Of a DNA stretch of 64,000 nucleotides, positions 29,496 through 44,300 are shown in pieces. The position numbers and the translations under genes were made by a program. The DNA comes from Octopus vulgaris (taxonomy: Eukaryota): NCBI GenBank assembly GCA_951406725.2, contig OX597827.1, forward strand, positions 37,324,001-37,388,000. The letters run 5' to 3'. The notes below the pieces were generated by a model. The model did no database searches. It saw only the letters and a list, made by a program, of their open reading frames with translations, and was not told where the DNA came from. The stretch's first letter is position 1, and each line of letters begins with the position of its first letter.

Positions 29496-29802
29496 GGTAC
29501 TACTTGAGAACAATGGTCCCGGTGCGCGCACTCGCGTACACGCGCATCCGCGCTAGCTAGTCATGACTAGTCGATCCTTACTTTGTGTTTTGTGCTATTT
29601 ACTTTGTTTAAAAAATTATCTACTTTGTTTTATTTACTTTGTTTAACAAAAATTATTTACTTTATGTAAAAAAAATTATTTATTTTGTGTTTTATTTAAT
29701 TTGCTAGGTAGTCGTTGTAGGATCGACTAGTCACGACTAGCTAGCACGGATGCGGGACTACGCGAGTGCGCGCACCGGTGACCACTGTTCTCAAGTAGTA
29801 CT
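29496..29802. mobile_element. Mutator-like MITE with ~85 bp TIRs and a 9-bp TSD
   Basis: TIR GTACTACTTGAGAACA...; direct repeat CGTGAAAGG at 29487-29495 and 29803-29811. Confidence 0.8.
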
Positions 29803-31487
29803 CGTGAAAGGTACGATGAAGGGATAAGGAAGGTTTTTTTTTTAATGTGAATTACAAGTGCTTCAGCATGTGGAATACAATTAAATGAAAAAGCCATATA
29901 GAGCCTACTCGATTCATATTTACTTGTAGCTGTTGTTCCAGATAGGATGAAAATAAGTTTGTCACGCTCGCCCTACTTTTCAATCCGTGACGTAAGAGAA
30001 ACTAGTTTCATTTTAAACGTTTACTACTTGTCAAAAGAACAATGGTCTGCGGCGACTCGCGTACACGCACATCCGCGCTAGCTAGTCATGAACTAGTCGA
30101 TCCTTACTAAATGTTGTTATGATAGTTGCAATCCTCCATTGAAATAACACAACTTTATTTTCTTTTTTTTCCACAACTTTTTATTTCACCGACATCACTT
30201 CAATTCCCTTGTTATCTGTTGTAGTTTATGTACTAATGTGATGTTATTTAGCCTTCAACAGAAGTGTTATATTTTAGTATTTCACACTGATATCCATCTG
30301 CTAACACAATCACTAAGTACAGTAAAAAGTTTATACCGAATCCAACGAAAGTCGTGATAAGGAAGGTTAAGTTTTTTTTAACTGAGAATTACAAGTGCTT
30401 CAGCATGTGGAAAAATTAAATGAAAAAAGTCCATATAGAGCCTACTCGATTCATATTTACAGGAGTTTGAAGCTGGTTGGGTTCCAGATAGGATGAAGTA
30501 AGTATTGTCACGCTCGCCCTTAAGATTTTCAATCCGTGATACGTAAATAGAAAGAGTAATATTTTAAATTTTCTTTAAGTGAAACAGTTAATGCTTCCAA
30601 ACACAAGACAATAGAGTACTTCAGCTATCCTTGTTAATTTTTGATAGTTGCAATCCTGATTGAAATAACACAACTTTATTTTCTTTCAGTTTAAATTTAT
30701 TTCAGGTGACATCACTTACCTGCTTTCACTTTCATGAGACTACATCGTCAAGTAAAATTATTTGAAATTATATTTTTTATTTCATTTGTTAATTTTTTCC
30801 GATGTTTCTGAAATTAAAAAACAATCTAAATACGTGCATCTTAATTATAGACAACGAAAGTCGTGGAGAAGACGAACTGAGAAATAAATGTTTCCAATGA
30901 AAAGTGAATGAAATTGTGAATATCTGGGTGTTTATAACATTAAAATCCTGTAACCTTTTAAAAAGCAAGTTTGGTTTGGTTTTTAAAAAAAGCACTCATA
31001 TTTTTCCTATATTCATAAAAACACCCTGTAAATGTCAACAATTCGAAACGAAGGACGATCGGTAGAGATAAAGAATGTGTGCACCATCCGTTTCAGTTTC
31101 TGTGTTTTTATAATTTTTCCAATCTCTGTTTTCGATGTAGGAGAAAATACGATTTTGCCCAGAGATCACATTTTCAAAATTTTACTTCCCTCACCCCCAT
31201 TCTATTTTCATAATTTTAAACTTTTTTCGAATTAAATTTTAATAATCCACGTAGAAAAATGCACCGATTACGAATCTGGGAATTTTGATTACTATAAAAA
31301 GCTTCACCCGTTAACAAAAAGAAAAAAAGAAAAAACCCAGCCTGCTGCGTGTTAACAACTATGTAGAAAACGAATATGACAAAAACCATTTGCGCAAACG
31401 AACAGTTGTTAACAGCCAGCAGGCTCAGGTTTTTTCTTTGTTTTGTTTTTGTTAACGGGTGAAGATCTTTAATATAAACACACACAC

Positions 31488-31505
<18 letters not shown>

Positions 31506-31528
<23 letters not shown>

Positions 31529-32240
31529 ATATTTTGGAATGGTCATATTGCCAGTTTAGCCATTAAAAACACACGCACTATATATTTGGTGTTATTTTGC
31601 TCCAGTGATATTTATTTTTTACATTAATCTTAATCTTATTTCGGCCAAAGTTCTTTCGTCACACTCCTGTGACCGCATCAGTGGTCCTTTGTTTTCTTCT
31701 CACTTACTTTTTTTTCTCGATTAGATTTATTATTATTATTACTAATATTGTTGTTATACATACATACAAGCATATGTAATGATAATAATGGGTGGATGTA
31801 AACACATGAATAAAATTAGAACAAAAGCAACAACAACAAAAACAAAATACAAATTACAAGAATGTATATAACCAGAAGATACAAATATTACAGGCATCCC
31901 CCCCACACACACACACTAAATAAACATAGACGCACATAGAGATATAAGCATGTGCAAATGAAGACATACAATAGAAATACAAAATGGCTGACGGTTAGTA
32001 AGGAGAGACACAAGTAAGTGAGAAGAAAACAAAGGACCACTGATGCGGTCACAGGAGTGTGACGAAAGAACTTTGGCCGAAATAAGATTAAGATTAATGT
32101 AAAAAATAAATATCACTGGAGCAAAATAACACCAAATATATAGTGCGTGTGTTTTTAATGGCTAAACTGGCAATATGACCATTCCAAAATATAACAATAT
32201 CTGTTTCAACACACGACTTCACATAAAAAATCTTGCACAA
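31506..32240. mobile_element. Inverted-repeat (PLE pLTR-like) module with hammerhead-like motifs in both arms
   Basis: 31506-31706 is the reverse complement of about 32012-32200; flanked by (TA)n; the same family occurs at 47680-48065. Confidence 0.7.
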
Positions 32241-32288
32241 CAAATATTTAAACGTATATATATATATGTATATATATATATGTATATA

Positions 32289-32439
<151 letters not shown>

Positions 32440-32471
32440 ACATATATATATATATACATATATATATATAC

Positions 32472-32550
<79 letters not shown>

Positions 32551-32553
<3 letters not shown>

Positions 32554-33307
32554 TCATCATCATCATCGTTTAACGTCCGTTTTCCGCGCTAGCACGGGTT
32601 GGACGATTTCGACCAGGGTCTGGGGAGCTCGGGACTGCCCCAGGCTCCAGTCTAGTCTGGCAGTGTATCTACAGCTGGATGCCCTTCCTAACGCCAACCA
32701 CTCCGCGAGTGTAGTGTGTGTTTTTTACGTGCCACCTGCACAGGTGCCAGAGGGGTCTGGCATCGGCCACGTTCGGATGGTGCTTTTTATGTGTGGGGGG
32801 GGTGCAGAAATATATAGGGGAGCACCAGTGGGAGGGGTGGTTCAGAGAAATGATGACAGGTTCTAGGCAAGTAGAACGTAGGATATCAAGAGAGGGGTAA
32901 TGCATGGTGAAATAGCGTGTTGAAGAGGGGTTTTCGAAGAGTAGACACCTATAATGGTGGTGGGAGAAGCGACATCCGGTATAGATGGAACAAAAATGTA
33001 GAGATATCCGGTATTGGTGGTGGGGGTGGGCAAGGGCGGGTGCACCGGGAATATGCGAAGGTTGAACTTTAGAGAAACGGGCGGGAATGGCGATGTTTTT
33101 AGGGTGGCATGTAGAAAGAAAAGGAAAGCAAAGTAGATTGGTGGTTATAAGTTCAAAACATTTAAACGGTAGACAAATGTATGTATGTATGAAAAAGAAG
33201 GGAGAAATCTTAGCTTGCTTATGGACATCGCTGTAAGTCAGGGGAAGAAATGATAGTGAATGGTGGAGATCGAATTAAAGGGAATATGCGAAGGTTGAAC
33301 TTTAGAG
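32551..33307 (-). mobile_element. Non-autonomous RTE-tailed element (unique/repeat head, one 155-bp unit, RTE 3' tail)
   Basis: Reverse complement of the 1-641 composite; flanked on both sides by (TA)n. Confidence 0.7.
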
Positions 33308-34782
<1,475 letters not shown>

Positions 34783-35080
34783 CTAATATAGGATAAAAAA
34801 TTTTCGAAAAAAATTCTATCAATGGTCAGCATATTAAAAAAATACCTTTAAAGGTTAAATTTATAAACAATTTATAAGTATAACCTTCCCTTCATCAGTG
34901 AACTAACTCTGAAATCGGGTCCGATATGGTAATAACGGGATTTTTTAGAAATTTCTGTCGGCTTTCTTCAAAACACGTGCTTGTAGTGATGAATTATAAT
35001 GGTTATTGACGTTGTGTCTATTTTTGGCATTAGAAATTTTTTCTTTTGCCCTTACTTATAAATTGTTTATATATATATAT

Positions 35081-36363
35081 ATAGGAATAAAAAATGGAGC
35101 TAACGCAGGTTTAAACAAGTATTTTTTCTTTCTACATATGTTTCAAAAATTCCACTGATACTTATTCAAAAGAATAAAAGGTATAAACAATGCAATCTTC
35201 TCTTCGGGAAAGTGAAAAAACGAAACTTGTCAATACGACATTTTAGCAAAAAATGATGGATTCGTATAGCGATAGACAGAACGCTATTAATATTGTTTAA
35301 AAACGTTATATGATAGAACGTCATAAGTAGCTAACAGAAATAGTAGGGATATTAATAGTGAATGTTAAATATAAAGGAAATTAAAGTCTAAACTATATAT
35401 AATATAGAGACTACTTATATGCACCTAAAAGTATGTTTTGCCAATGCTTACATCTGTATGCTCGTTCTATAACCGTGTTTACAAGAGTATTTTTAGAAAA
35501 ATAATGAAAAATAGCTCAGAATTGCAGAGAAGACAGAATTTCTTATTTCTTTGTCATATGGTATCGAAATTGAGAGGATCAACCATTCCAAATGAAATTG
35601 TTCATTGTATCTGAAGTCAATCCCAATAGAATTAAATTTATGTCAAGTAACTCTAAGATTAAAAATTCTACATACCAGTGTATAATCAGTACTCGTAATA
35701 AAGTACGATTTTACATTGGAAGCACATCGTTAGAGTTATCTAAGAGAATTTCTATCCATTACTCAACATTTAGGGATAGAAATAAACGGAATAGTACCGG
35801 TCTCAGCAAACTGATTTGGAATTTAAAAGACCACAATGAACAATTTCATTTGGAATGGTTGATCCTCTCAATTTCGATACCATATGACAAAGGCAAGAAA
35901 TTCTGTCTTCTCTGCAATTCTGAGCTATTTTTCATTATTTTTTCTAAAAATACTCTAGTAAACACGGTTATAGAACGAGCATACAGATGTAAGCATTGGC
36001 AAAAACATACTTTTAGTGCATATAAGTAGTCTCTATCATTATATATAGTTTAGACTTTAATTTCCTTTATATTTAACATTCACTATTAATATCCCTACTC
36101 TTTCTGTTAGCTACTTATGACGTTCTATCATATAACGTTTTTTTTAAACAATATTAATAGCGTTCTGTCTATCGCTATACGAATCCATCATTTTTTGCTA
36201 AAATGTTGTATTGACAAGTTTCGTTTTTTCACTTTCCCGAAGAGAAGATTGCATTGTTTATACCTTTTATTCTTTTGAATAAGTATCAGTGGAATTTTTG
36301 AAACATATGTAGAAAGAAAAAATACTTGTTTAAACCTGCGTTAGCTCCATTTTTTATTCCTAT
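35081..36363 (+). mobile_element. 5'-truncated Penelope-like element: GIY-YIG endonuclease C-terminus plus pLTR, preceded by an inverted pLTR copy
   Basis: ORF 35592-36029 has TYQC..FYIGST..LSKRISIH, LSKLIW and CLLC..E..CKH; 35081-35608 is an inverted copy of 35833-36363. Confidence 0.85.
36232..36316 (+). ncRNA. Putative type-I hammerhead ribozyme in the PLE pLTR (mirror copy at 35128-35212 on the minus strand)
   Basis: CTTTC-CCGAAGA-[long stem II GAAGATT...AATTTTT]-GAAA-CATATG-TA-GAAAG. Confidence 0.65.
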
Positions 36364-36566
36364 TATTCAAATATTCAACGTAAACACGAAGTTTCAACCT
36401 TTATAAACAAGGAGTTACAACATCTTTACTTGTGAGATTTTTGCTACCCTGGTAACTATTCATTCATTTATCCGTGTTAATTGTTAACAAGGTAAAATAC
36501 ACTCATCTATATATATATATATATATAAAGTATATATATATATATATACTTTTATATATACACACA

Positions 36567-37440
36567 TCATCATCATGGGTTGGACGGTTCGACCGGGGTC
36601 TGGAAAGCCAGGAGGCTGCACTAGGCTCCTGTCTGATCTGGCAGTGTTTCTACAGCTGGATGCCCTTCCTAACACCAACCACTTTGTGAGTGTAGTGGAT
36701 GCTTTTTATCTGCCACCGGCACAGGTGCCAAGTGAGGCTGGCAACAGCCACAATCAGTTGGTGCTTTTTACGTACCACCGCCGCTGAAGCCAGTCAAGGC
36801 GGTGATGGCATTGGCCATGTTCAGATGGTGCTTTTTACATGCCACTGGCACAGGTATCACAACTACAATTTCCATTTCATTTTTATTTGATGCTGATGTA
36901 CTTGACTCAATAGGTCACCACAAGCACAGCAGGTCACCCTATGATCCAAGGTAAGCACAGCAGGCCGTCATGTGATCCAAGGTACTTTGGATGGGCTGGG
37001 ACTGCTATGTGAAGCTGGTGCAGGAAACAGCCATGAACTCACGTTATTTGTCGGGTCTTTGCAATCACAGCATATCTCCAGAGATCTCGGTCTTTCATCA
37101 TTGCCTCTGTGAGGCCCAACGTTCGAAGGTCATGTTTGACCAATTCATCGCATGTCTTCCTGGGTCTACCTCTACATATCATCATCATCATTTAACGTCC
37201 GCTTTCCGTGCTAGCACGGGTTTGACGGTTTGACCGGGGTCTGGGAAACCAGGAGGCTGCACCAGGCTCCAGTCTGATCTGACAGTGTTTCTACAGCTGG
37301 ATGCCCTTCCTAACACCAACCACTCCGTGAGTGTAGTGGGTGCTTTTTACGTGCCACCAGCACAGGTGCCAGGGGAGGCTAGCAGCAGCCCTGATCAGTT
37401 GGTGCTTTTTACGTGCCACCGGCACAGAAGCCAGTCAAGT
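36567..37440 (-). mobile_element. Two adjacent RTE 3' fragments
   Basis: Two (CAT)n-led reverse-complement RTE tails (36567 and 37178); the first extends into the GRPRKT-coding end of the ORF. Confidence 0.8.
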
Positions 37441-37900
37441 CGACATATATATATATAGATGTAGGGAGAAAATTCCTGTTACAACAGTTCGATTCTAACA
37501 AGAGCACAATTTCAACATACAATTAACAACAAAAATAGATTAACCAAATAAACTCACAAAGCAGCAGCAGCCGAATGCGGAAAAGTGACAATCCCGCTTG
37601 GCGATGTGAAGTGCTATCCCGATGCAAATACATATATCCTTTTTCCAGTGAAGAAAAGTCACTGATATTGAAAAAGTGTAAACAAGCAATTATAAATCTC
37701 TGAGTGAGGTATACACAGTAACTACACGACATTGTGAAGTATATTTGTCACTTAAATGTGGCTAACCCTTAAGGGTGGATGCTACTGTAGCTTGTAGCCC
37801 CAAGAGGACACCTCCTCCAGCTGACAATTGACACACTTTCTGTGCCCTATCAGCATCTGCAAAAGGAAGTCACCCTTCCCATCTTCAACCTGACGTGATA

Positions 37901-37945
37901 CACACGGACCCGGGTTTCTAGGTATTGACCCATCATCAGCATGTG
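37901..37945 (-). ncRNA. Putative minimal type-I hammerhead ribozyme
   Basis: CACATG-CTGATGA-TGGG tcaata CCTA-GAAA-CCCGGG-TC-CGTGTG; lies in one arm of the inverted repeat 37735-37918 / 38229-38410. Confidence 0.8.
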
Positions 37946-39499
37946 ACAATCACCGGTTATTTCTTTATTATGGTAATCAATATCTTTACAGAGAGGGACA
38001 ATACAGGAGATTACAAACATATAGATGAGCTTAGTCAGTTTATGTAAAAAATTGGATGAATTCTATATACAAATTATAATTTATAAATTTATGCAGACTT
38101 GTTCACAAGATTTGGTTGGGTAACCAGCGACTACACCTTGCTTTTACCATGGATGGAATTAAGTGGGGACAGTCACTCCCAACTTCCTCACAACATCCTT
38201 CCATCTTTTCTCATATAAGCTTCGCAACAGAAACCCTGGTCCATGTGTATCACATCAGATGGGAAGGATGACTTCCCTTTGCAAATACTGATAGGGCACA
38301 GAAAGTGTGTCAATAGCCAGCTGGAGGAGGTGTCCTCCTGGGGCCACAAGCTGCAGTAGCATCCACCCTTAAGGGTTAGCCACACTTAAGTGGCAAATAT
38401 ATTTCACGATATATATATTTATATATATCACTGTGACCGACCAAGCTATCAGATGTTGCTACACATTGCTGGTCACAATGTGTTTCACATTGGTTTAGCC
38501 TTCAAATGACGCCACCCCGCAGGCTAAGCGAGTAGGCCAACAAAAGAAAGTTGTGGCAAAAGAGTACAGCAGGGATCGCCACCACCCCCTGCCGGATATA
38601 TATATATATATATATATATACATATGTATGTAAGGGCCCATGAGCTTGGTGCACTTGCACCCACTAAAATTTTGTGCTGGTTCAAAATACAATATTGCAG
38701 CCCCTACTTACTTTTCACAGGTTTTAGAAAATGGTGTTTAAAAATTGATGTGTAAAAAGTAGCTTGAAGTTAGGTTTCTTCAGAAAATAAGAACAAAGAA
38801 CTAAAATAAATAAAATGAAAACCCCAAAGAAATCCTTAGAAAGATACATTGCTGAACTAAAGCATCCTCAGCATTAAAATTATTTATATATATATATAAT
38901 TATTATTTAATCGAATGCCACGCATCCATTTCCATGTAAGTTTATCTTAGCCTTTTTGATGTGACTCTATGATGCTTTCTCCTTCATCCTTCTCTAATTC
39001 TCTTTTTCTGCCCCTTTGCTGCTGTTTTCTATGTTTTTCTCGCCCCCTTTTTCTCTTTCTCTCATTGCTCACACGTGACCATCTTTCTTTTCCTCCGCAT
39101 TATCCTAAGGACTGGACATCTATCTTTTCTCTTTTCAAAGAAAATATTTCTCCCAGCGTTTGCTATTTTACCCTCATTCTGGTCTAACGACCCTCTATGT
39201 TTGTTTTCGTTTGGTTTCCTTGTATGTCTCTACTGTCCTTTTTTTGTTCCCAACTTTGACCCTCCATAGTATCCAAAATGTTATTTTGGTATTTATGTGA
39301 GCAACTGTCTTCAAAGACTCATATTGTCAATGAATGTTCGAAATGAGGAGTAGATAGACAGCCAACAACTGATGAAGGGTCATTCTTTGTGTTGCTCATC
39401 CTGTTTTCCATTTTTTTCTCACATTGTTTGCACATTTAACTCATTTGTTTTCGTATTTCATGTTGTTTACTGTTGGTGACGTCCTGTACCCATATATCC

Positions 39500-39531
<32 letters not shown>

Positions 39532-40155
39532 AATAAAACATATGCATATATACATACATATATGTATGTACCTACCTCTACATGTATATATACACGCATA
39601 TATGGGTACAGGACACCAAAAACACGTCGAACACAATGAGAAACGAAAACATAAACACAAAACCAAGGAACTGGACATTTTTCTTAGACAACAAAAAAAT
39701 AGAGTACAGGACAAATAACACAAGGAAAATTCCCCTTCTTCAGTCGCCATGGTTTCATCTACTCTGCGTTTCGAAGGTGAAGGCAATACACATCTTTGAT
39801 AGAAACTTTCCTTCCCACGAAAAGCAAATTAAATAAAATTTGAGATCTTTTTGCGGAGGGGTAAAAATGGTAACAAAAACAGGACAGTAACAACATTACA
39901 AAATATAAACAGTAAAAGACAGGACAAGGAGAATAACAAGACAAGAAGGGCTGTTAAGCTGAATGAGAAAAAGTATTACGAATGCTATTTTTGAGAACGG
40001 CGAAGGAGCAACAGAAAATGCCGTCCACACTTCAAGGAAGTCAGGCCAGAAAGACAGTAGCAGAGCTCTCGTCGCGGGTCAACAACGGGAGGGTGGAGCA
40101 AGAGAAAGGGAGAGAAAAAAAGGGAATGGTTGTGAGGAAACCAGAAAGAATGAAG

Positions 40156-40209
<54 letters not shown>

Positions 40210-40212
40210 ATG

Positions 40213-40279
<67 letters not shown>

Positions 40280-40298
40280 ATATATATATATATATGTG

Positions 40299-40350
<52 letters not shown>

Positions 40351-40354
<4 letters not shown>

Positions 40355-41374
40355 TGTCTCCCTGTTGCTCCCGTTTCATAGCCACTTATATCGTTTCCCC
40401 TAAAACTTGACTTTCTCAAATTTTCAAACCTACATATTATCCTTTCAGTTTTCAACATGCCATTCATGAAATGTTTTTCGTTTAGTCTTGTCTCCCTGTT
40501 GCTCCCATTTCATAGCCACTTATATCGTTCCCCCTAAAACTTAACTTTCTCAGATTTTCAAACCTACATATATTATCCTTTCAGTTTTCAACATGCCATT
40601 CATGAAATGTTTTTCGTTTAGTCTTGTCTCCCTGTTGCTCCCGTTTCATAGCCACTTATATCGTTCCCCCTAAAACTTGACTTTCTCAGATTTTCAAACC
40701 TACATATTATCCTTTCAGTTTTCAACATGCCATTCATGAAATGTTTTTCGTTTAGACTTGTCTCCCTGTTGCTCCCGTTTCATAGCCACTTATATCGTTC
40801 CCCCTAAAACTTAACTTTCTCAGATTTTCAAACCTACATATTATCCTTTCAGTTTTCAACATGCCATTCATGAAATGTTTTTCGTTTAGTCTTGTCTCCC
40901 TGTTGCTCCCGTTTCATAGCCACTTATATCGTTCCCCCTAAAACTTGACTTTCTCAGATTTTCAAACCTACATATTATCCTTTCAGTTTTTAACATGCCA
41001 TTCATGAAATGTTTTTCGTTTAGACTTGTCTCCCTGTTGCTCCCGTTTCATAGCCACTTATATCGTTCCCCCTAAAACTTGACTTTCTCAGATTTTCAAA
41101 CCTACATATTATCCTTTCAGTTTTCAACATGCCATTCATGAAATGTTTTTCGTTTAGTCTTGTCTCCCTGTTGCTCCCGTTTCATAGCCACTTATATCGT
41201 TCCCCCTAAAACTTGACTTTCTCAGATTTTCAAACCTACATATTATCCTTTCAGTTTTCAACATGCCATTCATGAAATGTTTTTCGTTTAGTCTTGTCTC
41301 CCTGTTGCTCCCGTTTCATAGCCACTTATATCGTTCCCCCTAAAATTTGACTTTCTTAGATTGTTCAAACCTAC
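40351..41374 (+). repeat. 134-bp tandem array (7 full units and 1 partial) directly upstream of the RTE
   Basis: Units start at 40351, 40485, 40621, 40755, 40889, 41023, 41157 and 41291, and are near-identical. Confidence 0.95.
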
Positions 41375-44300
41375 TTTCTTGCTCTCACGATTAACAGAAT
41401 CCTCTTGCTAGTTTGGGGTGCACCCACCCACCCCCTCCGCACATGCCGGAAGTTCCTATTGTTTGTCATCCCTGGGTTGCTTCCCTTGAAGACTGCAAAT
41501 GCTCGTTCACTATCCCTACCCCTAGTTTCAACCTATGTAAGGTAATGTTCATACAGTGCAAAATATAAATGGGTAGTGTCATGCAGGTTGAATTGAAGGC
41601 TACTGTATTACTTGCTCATGAATTCTGCCAAATGCGAGCTTTCTTTTCAGGTACATGAAGCTACTGTCCACCGACGCAGGGTCTCTAGGGCCCATACCTC
41701 CCACACCCTCAGGGTTGGCACCCTCAATGTTGGCACACTGAAAGGTAGGTCTGGCGAGATAGTCGAGATGCTTGAACGGAGATGTGTGGATATATGTTGC
41801 ATGCAAGAAGTAAGGTGGAGAGGTTCTGCTAGGTTCCTCACAGGCAAGGAACACAGGTACAAGATTTTCTGGGCAGGGAACACTGACGGGGTTGGTGGCG
41901 TAGGTATACTTATCGCTGAGAAATGGGTAGATAAAGTAATTGAGGTAATCAGAGTATGCGACAGAATACTTAAGATTAGATTAGTGCTTCATCATAGTTT
42001 AGCAACCATTATATCAGCATATGCTCCTCAGTTGGGGCTACCCGATGGACAGAAAGACCGATTCTATGACACTCTACTGCAGACTACCTCGTTGATGAAT
42101 GACAGAGACTTTCTCTTTGTGGCTGGTAACTTCAATGGACGACATGCTTGGGGCTTCCATGGCGTACATGGAGGCTATGGCTATGGTTCCCGCAACGAGG
42201 AGGGAACCAGACTGCTGGAGTTCTGCGATGCAAATAATCTTATGATTTGCAACACTAACTTCAGGAAACCTACCAGCCACCTAGTCACCTACCGATCGGG
42301 CCAACATACCAGCCAAATTGACTACATCCTTGCCAGGCAAAGGGAGAGATGGCTACTTATAAATGCCAAAGCCTTCCCAGGCGAAGAATGTACCCCACAA
42401 CATAGACTGGTAGTTAGTGACTTTAGGATCAGGACTAGAAGGACAACCAGAAGATGACCAACATGGAGAAGAAGGATCTGGAAGCTTAAAGATCCTGCGA
42501 ATGGACAGATATTTAGGGACATGCTACTTGAAGCCTTTGACGAAGTAGAAGGGGATAGTGTATCACATGGGGTAGAGGGCAACTGGACGTTTCTAAGGGA
42601 CAACCTGCTGAGAGCCACTGACCAGATCTGTGGCTGGTGCAAAGTCCCCTCTCATCCCAAGGTAACGTGGTGGTGGAACAGTGTTGTAGACAGGGCTATT
42701 AGAGAAAAGAGACAGACTTGGAAGCACTGGAAGAATGGTGGTAGCAGGGAATTGTATCAGACTACTAAAAGGGAAGCTAGGAGACAGGTCTATCTAGCCA
42801 GAGGGGAAGCAGATAAGAAAAAATTTGCCAATGTTCTGTGCCGTGAGGACCAAAGACTGGAGGTGTTTCGCGTTGCAAGACAGTGTGTGAGAGAGAATTG
42901 TGATGTGGTAGGAGAGAAGTGTGTTCGCATGGAAGATGGTTCACTTGCGCTAAACGAGGATGCAAAGAGAGAGGCTTGGAGACGCCACTATGAAAGGTTG
43001 CTGAATAAAGAAAATGAATGGGATAAAGAGAGTCTGCCGAATGTTGACCCAACAGAGGGACCAGCTATCAGGGTTGATAGTTCCTTGGTAGTTAAGGCAA
43101 TTAGAAGCATGAAGACAGGGAAAGCCCCAGGCCCATCAGGTATCACTGCAGAGATGCTCAAAATATCTGGTAGTGTCGGCTATAGCCTAGTCACCCGTAT
43201 AGTTAATCAGGTGATACACAAAGGAGTCATACCCAATGACTGGTGTAGCAGCATAATAGTCAACTGCTACGAAGGTAAAGGTGATGCCCTAGATACAAAT
43301 AATTACAGAGGTATCAAGCTGTTGGATCAGGTGATGAAGGTTACAGAGAGGGTCATAGCCCAACTAATTAGAGAGAGAGTTTAGATGAGATGCAGTTTGG
43401 GTTCGTGCCAGGGAAAAGTACCACTGATGCTATATTCCTGGTAAGGCAGCTGCAGGAGAAATACCTAGCCAAAGATAAGCCCCTGTACCTGGCTTTTGTT
43501 GACATGGAGAAAGCCTTCGACAGGGTCCCCCGATCCCTCATCTGGTGGTCAGTGAGGAAACTAGGGATAGATGAATGGTTAGTGAGAGCTGTGCAAGCCA
43601 TGTACAGGGACGCTGCTAGTAAGGTGAGGGTTGGCAACGAGTACAGTGAAGAATTCCGGGTAGAGGTAGGGGTCCACCAAGGCTCAGTCCTCAGACCCCT
43701 CCTATTTATCATAGTCCTCCAGGCAATAACGGAGGAATTCAAGACAGGATGCCCCTGGGAGCTCCTCTATGCTGATGACCTTGCTCTAATTGCTGAGTCA
43801 CTATCAGAACTGGAGGAGAAGTTTCAGGTGTGGAAGCGAGGTTTAGAATCGAAGGGCCTTAGAGTCAATCTAGCTAAAACCAAAGTCGTAATAAGTAGGA
43901 AGGTAGACAAATCACAAACGCCTTCAGGTAGATGGCCCTGCTCGATCTGTAGAAAAGGTGTAGGTAGAAACTCTATAAGATGCACCAAGTGTAAGCTATG
44001 GACACGTAAGAGGTGCAGCAATGTCAAAGGAAGGCTAACTAGGAAGATGGTTTTTGTATGTGGCAGATGCTCGGGAGCATTAACATCTGAAAGTCTGCAG
44101 AAAACAACTTCCGTCACTTTCCAGGGGGTAAAACTAGAAGTAGTTGATAGCTTCCGTTATCTTGGTGACTAAGTCAGTAGTGGGGGTGGGGGTGCTGAAA
44201 GTGTAACGGCTAGAGTAAGGATAGCCTGGGCAAAGTTTAGGGAGCTCTTACCTCTGCTGGTGACAAAAGGCCTCTCGCTCAGAGTAAAAGGCAGACTGTA

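Noticed and set aside
39335-39790. CTGATGA/CTGAAGA and CGAAA motifs in a diverged inverted pair
   Set aside because: The stems could not be closed convincingly and the motif order does not fit type I; at most a decayed relic.
41375-41611. HDV-like ribozyme in the RTE 5' region
   Set aside because: Known from some RTEs, but a nested double pseudoknot could not be identified by eye; it would need a descriptor search.
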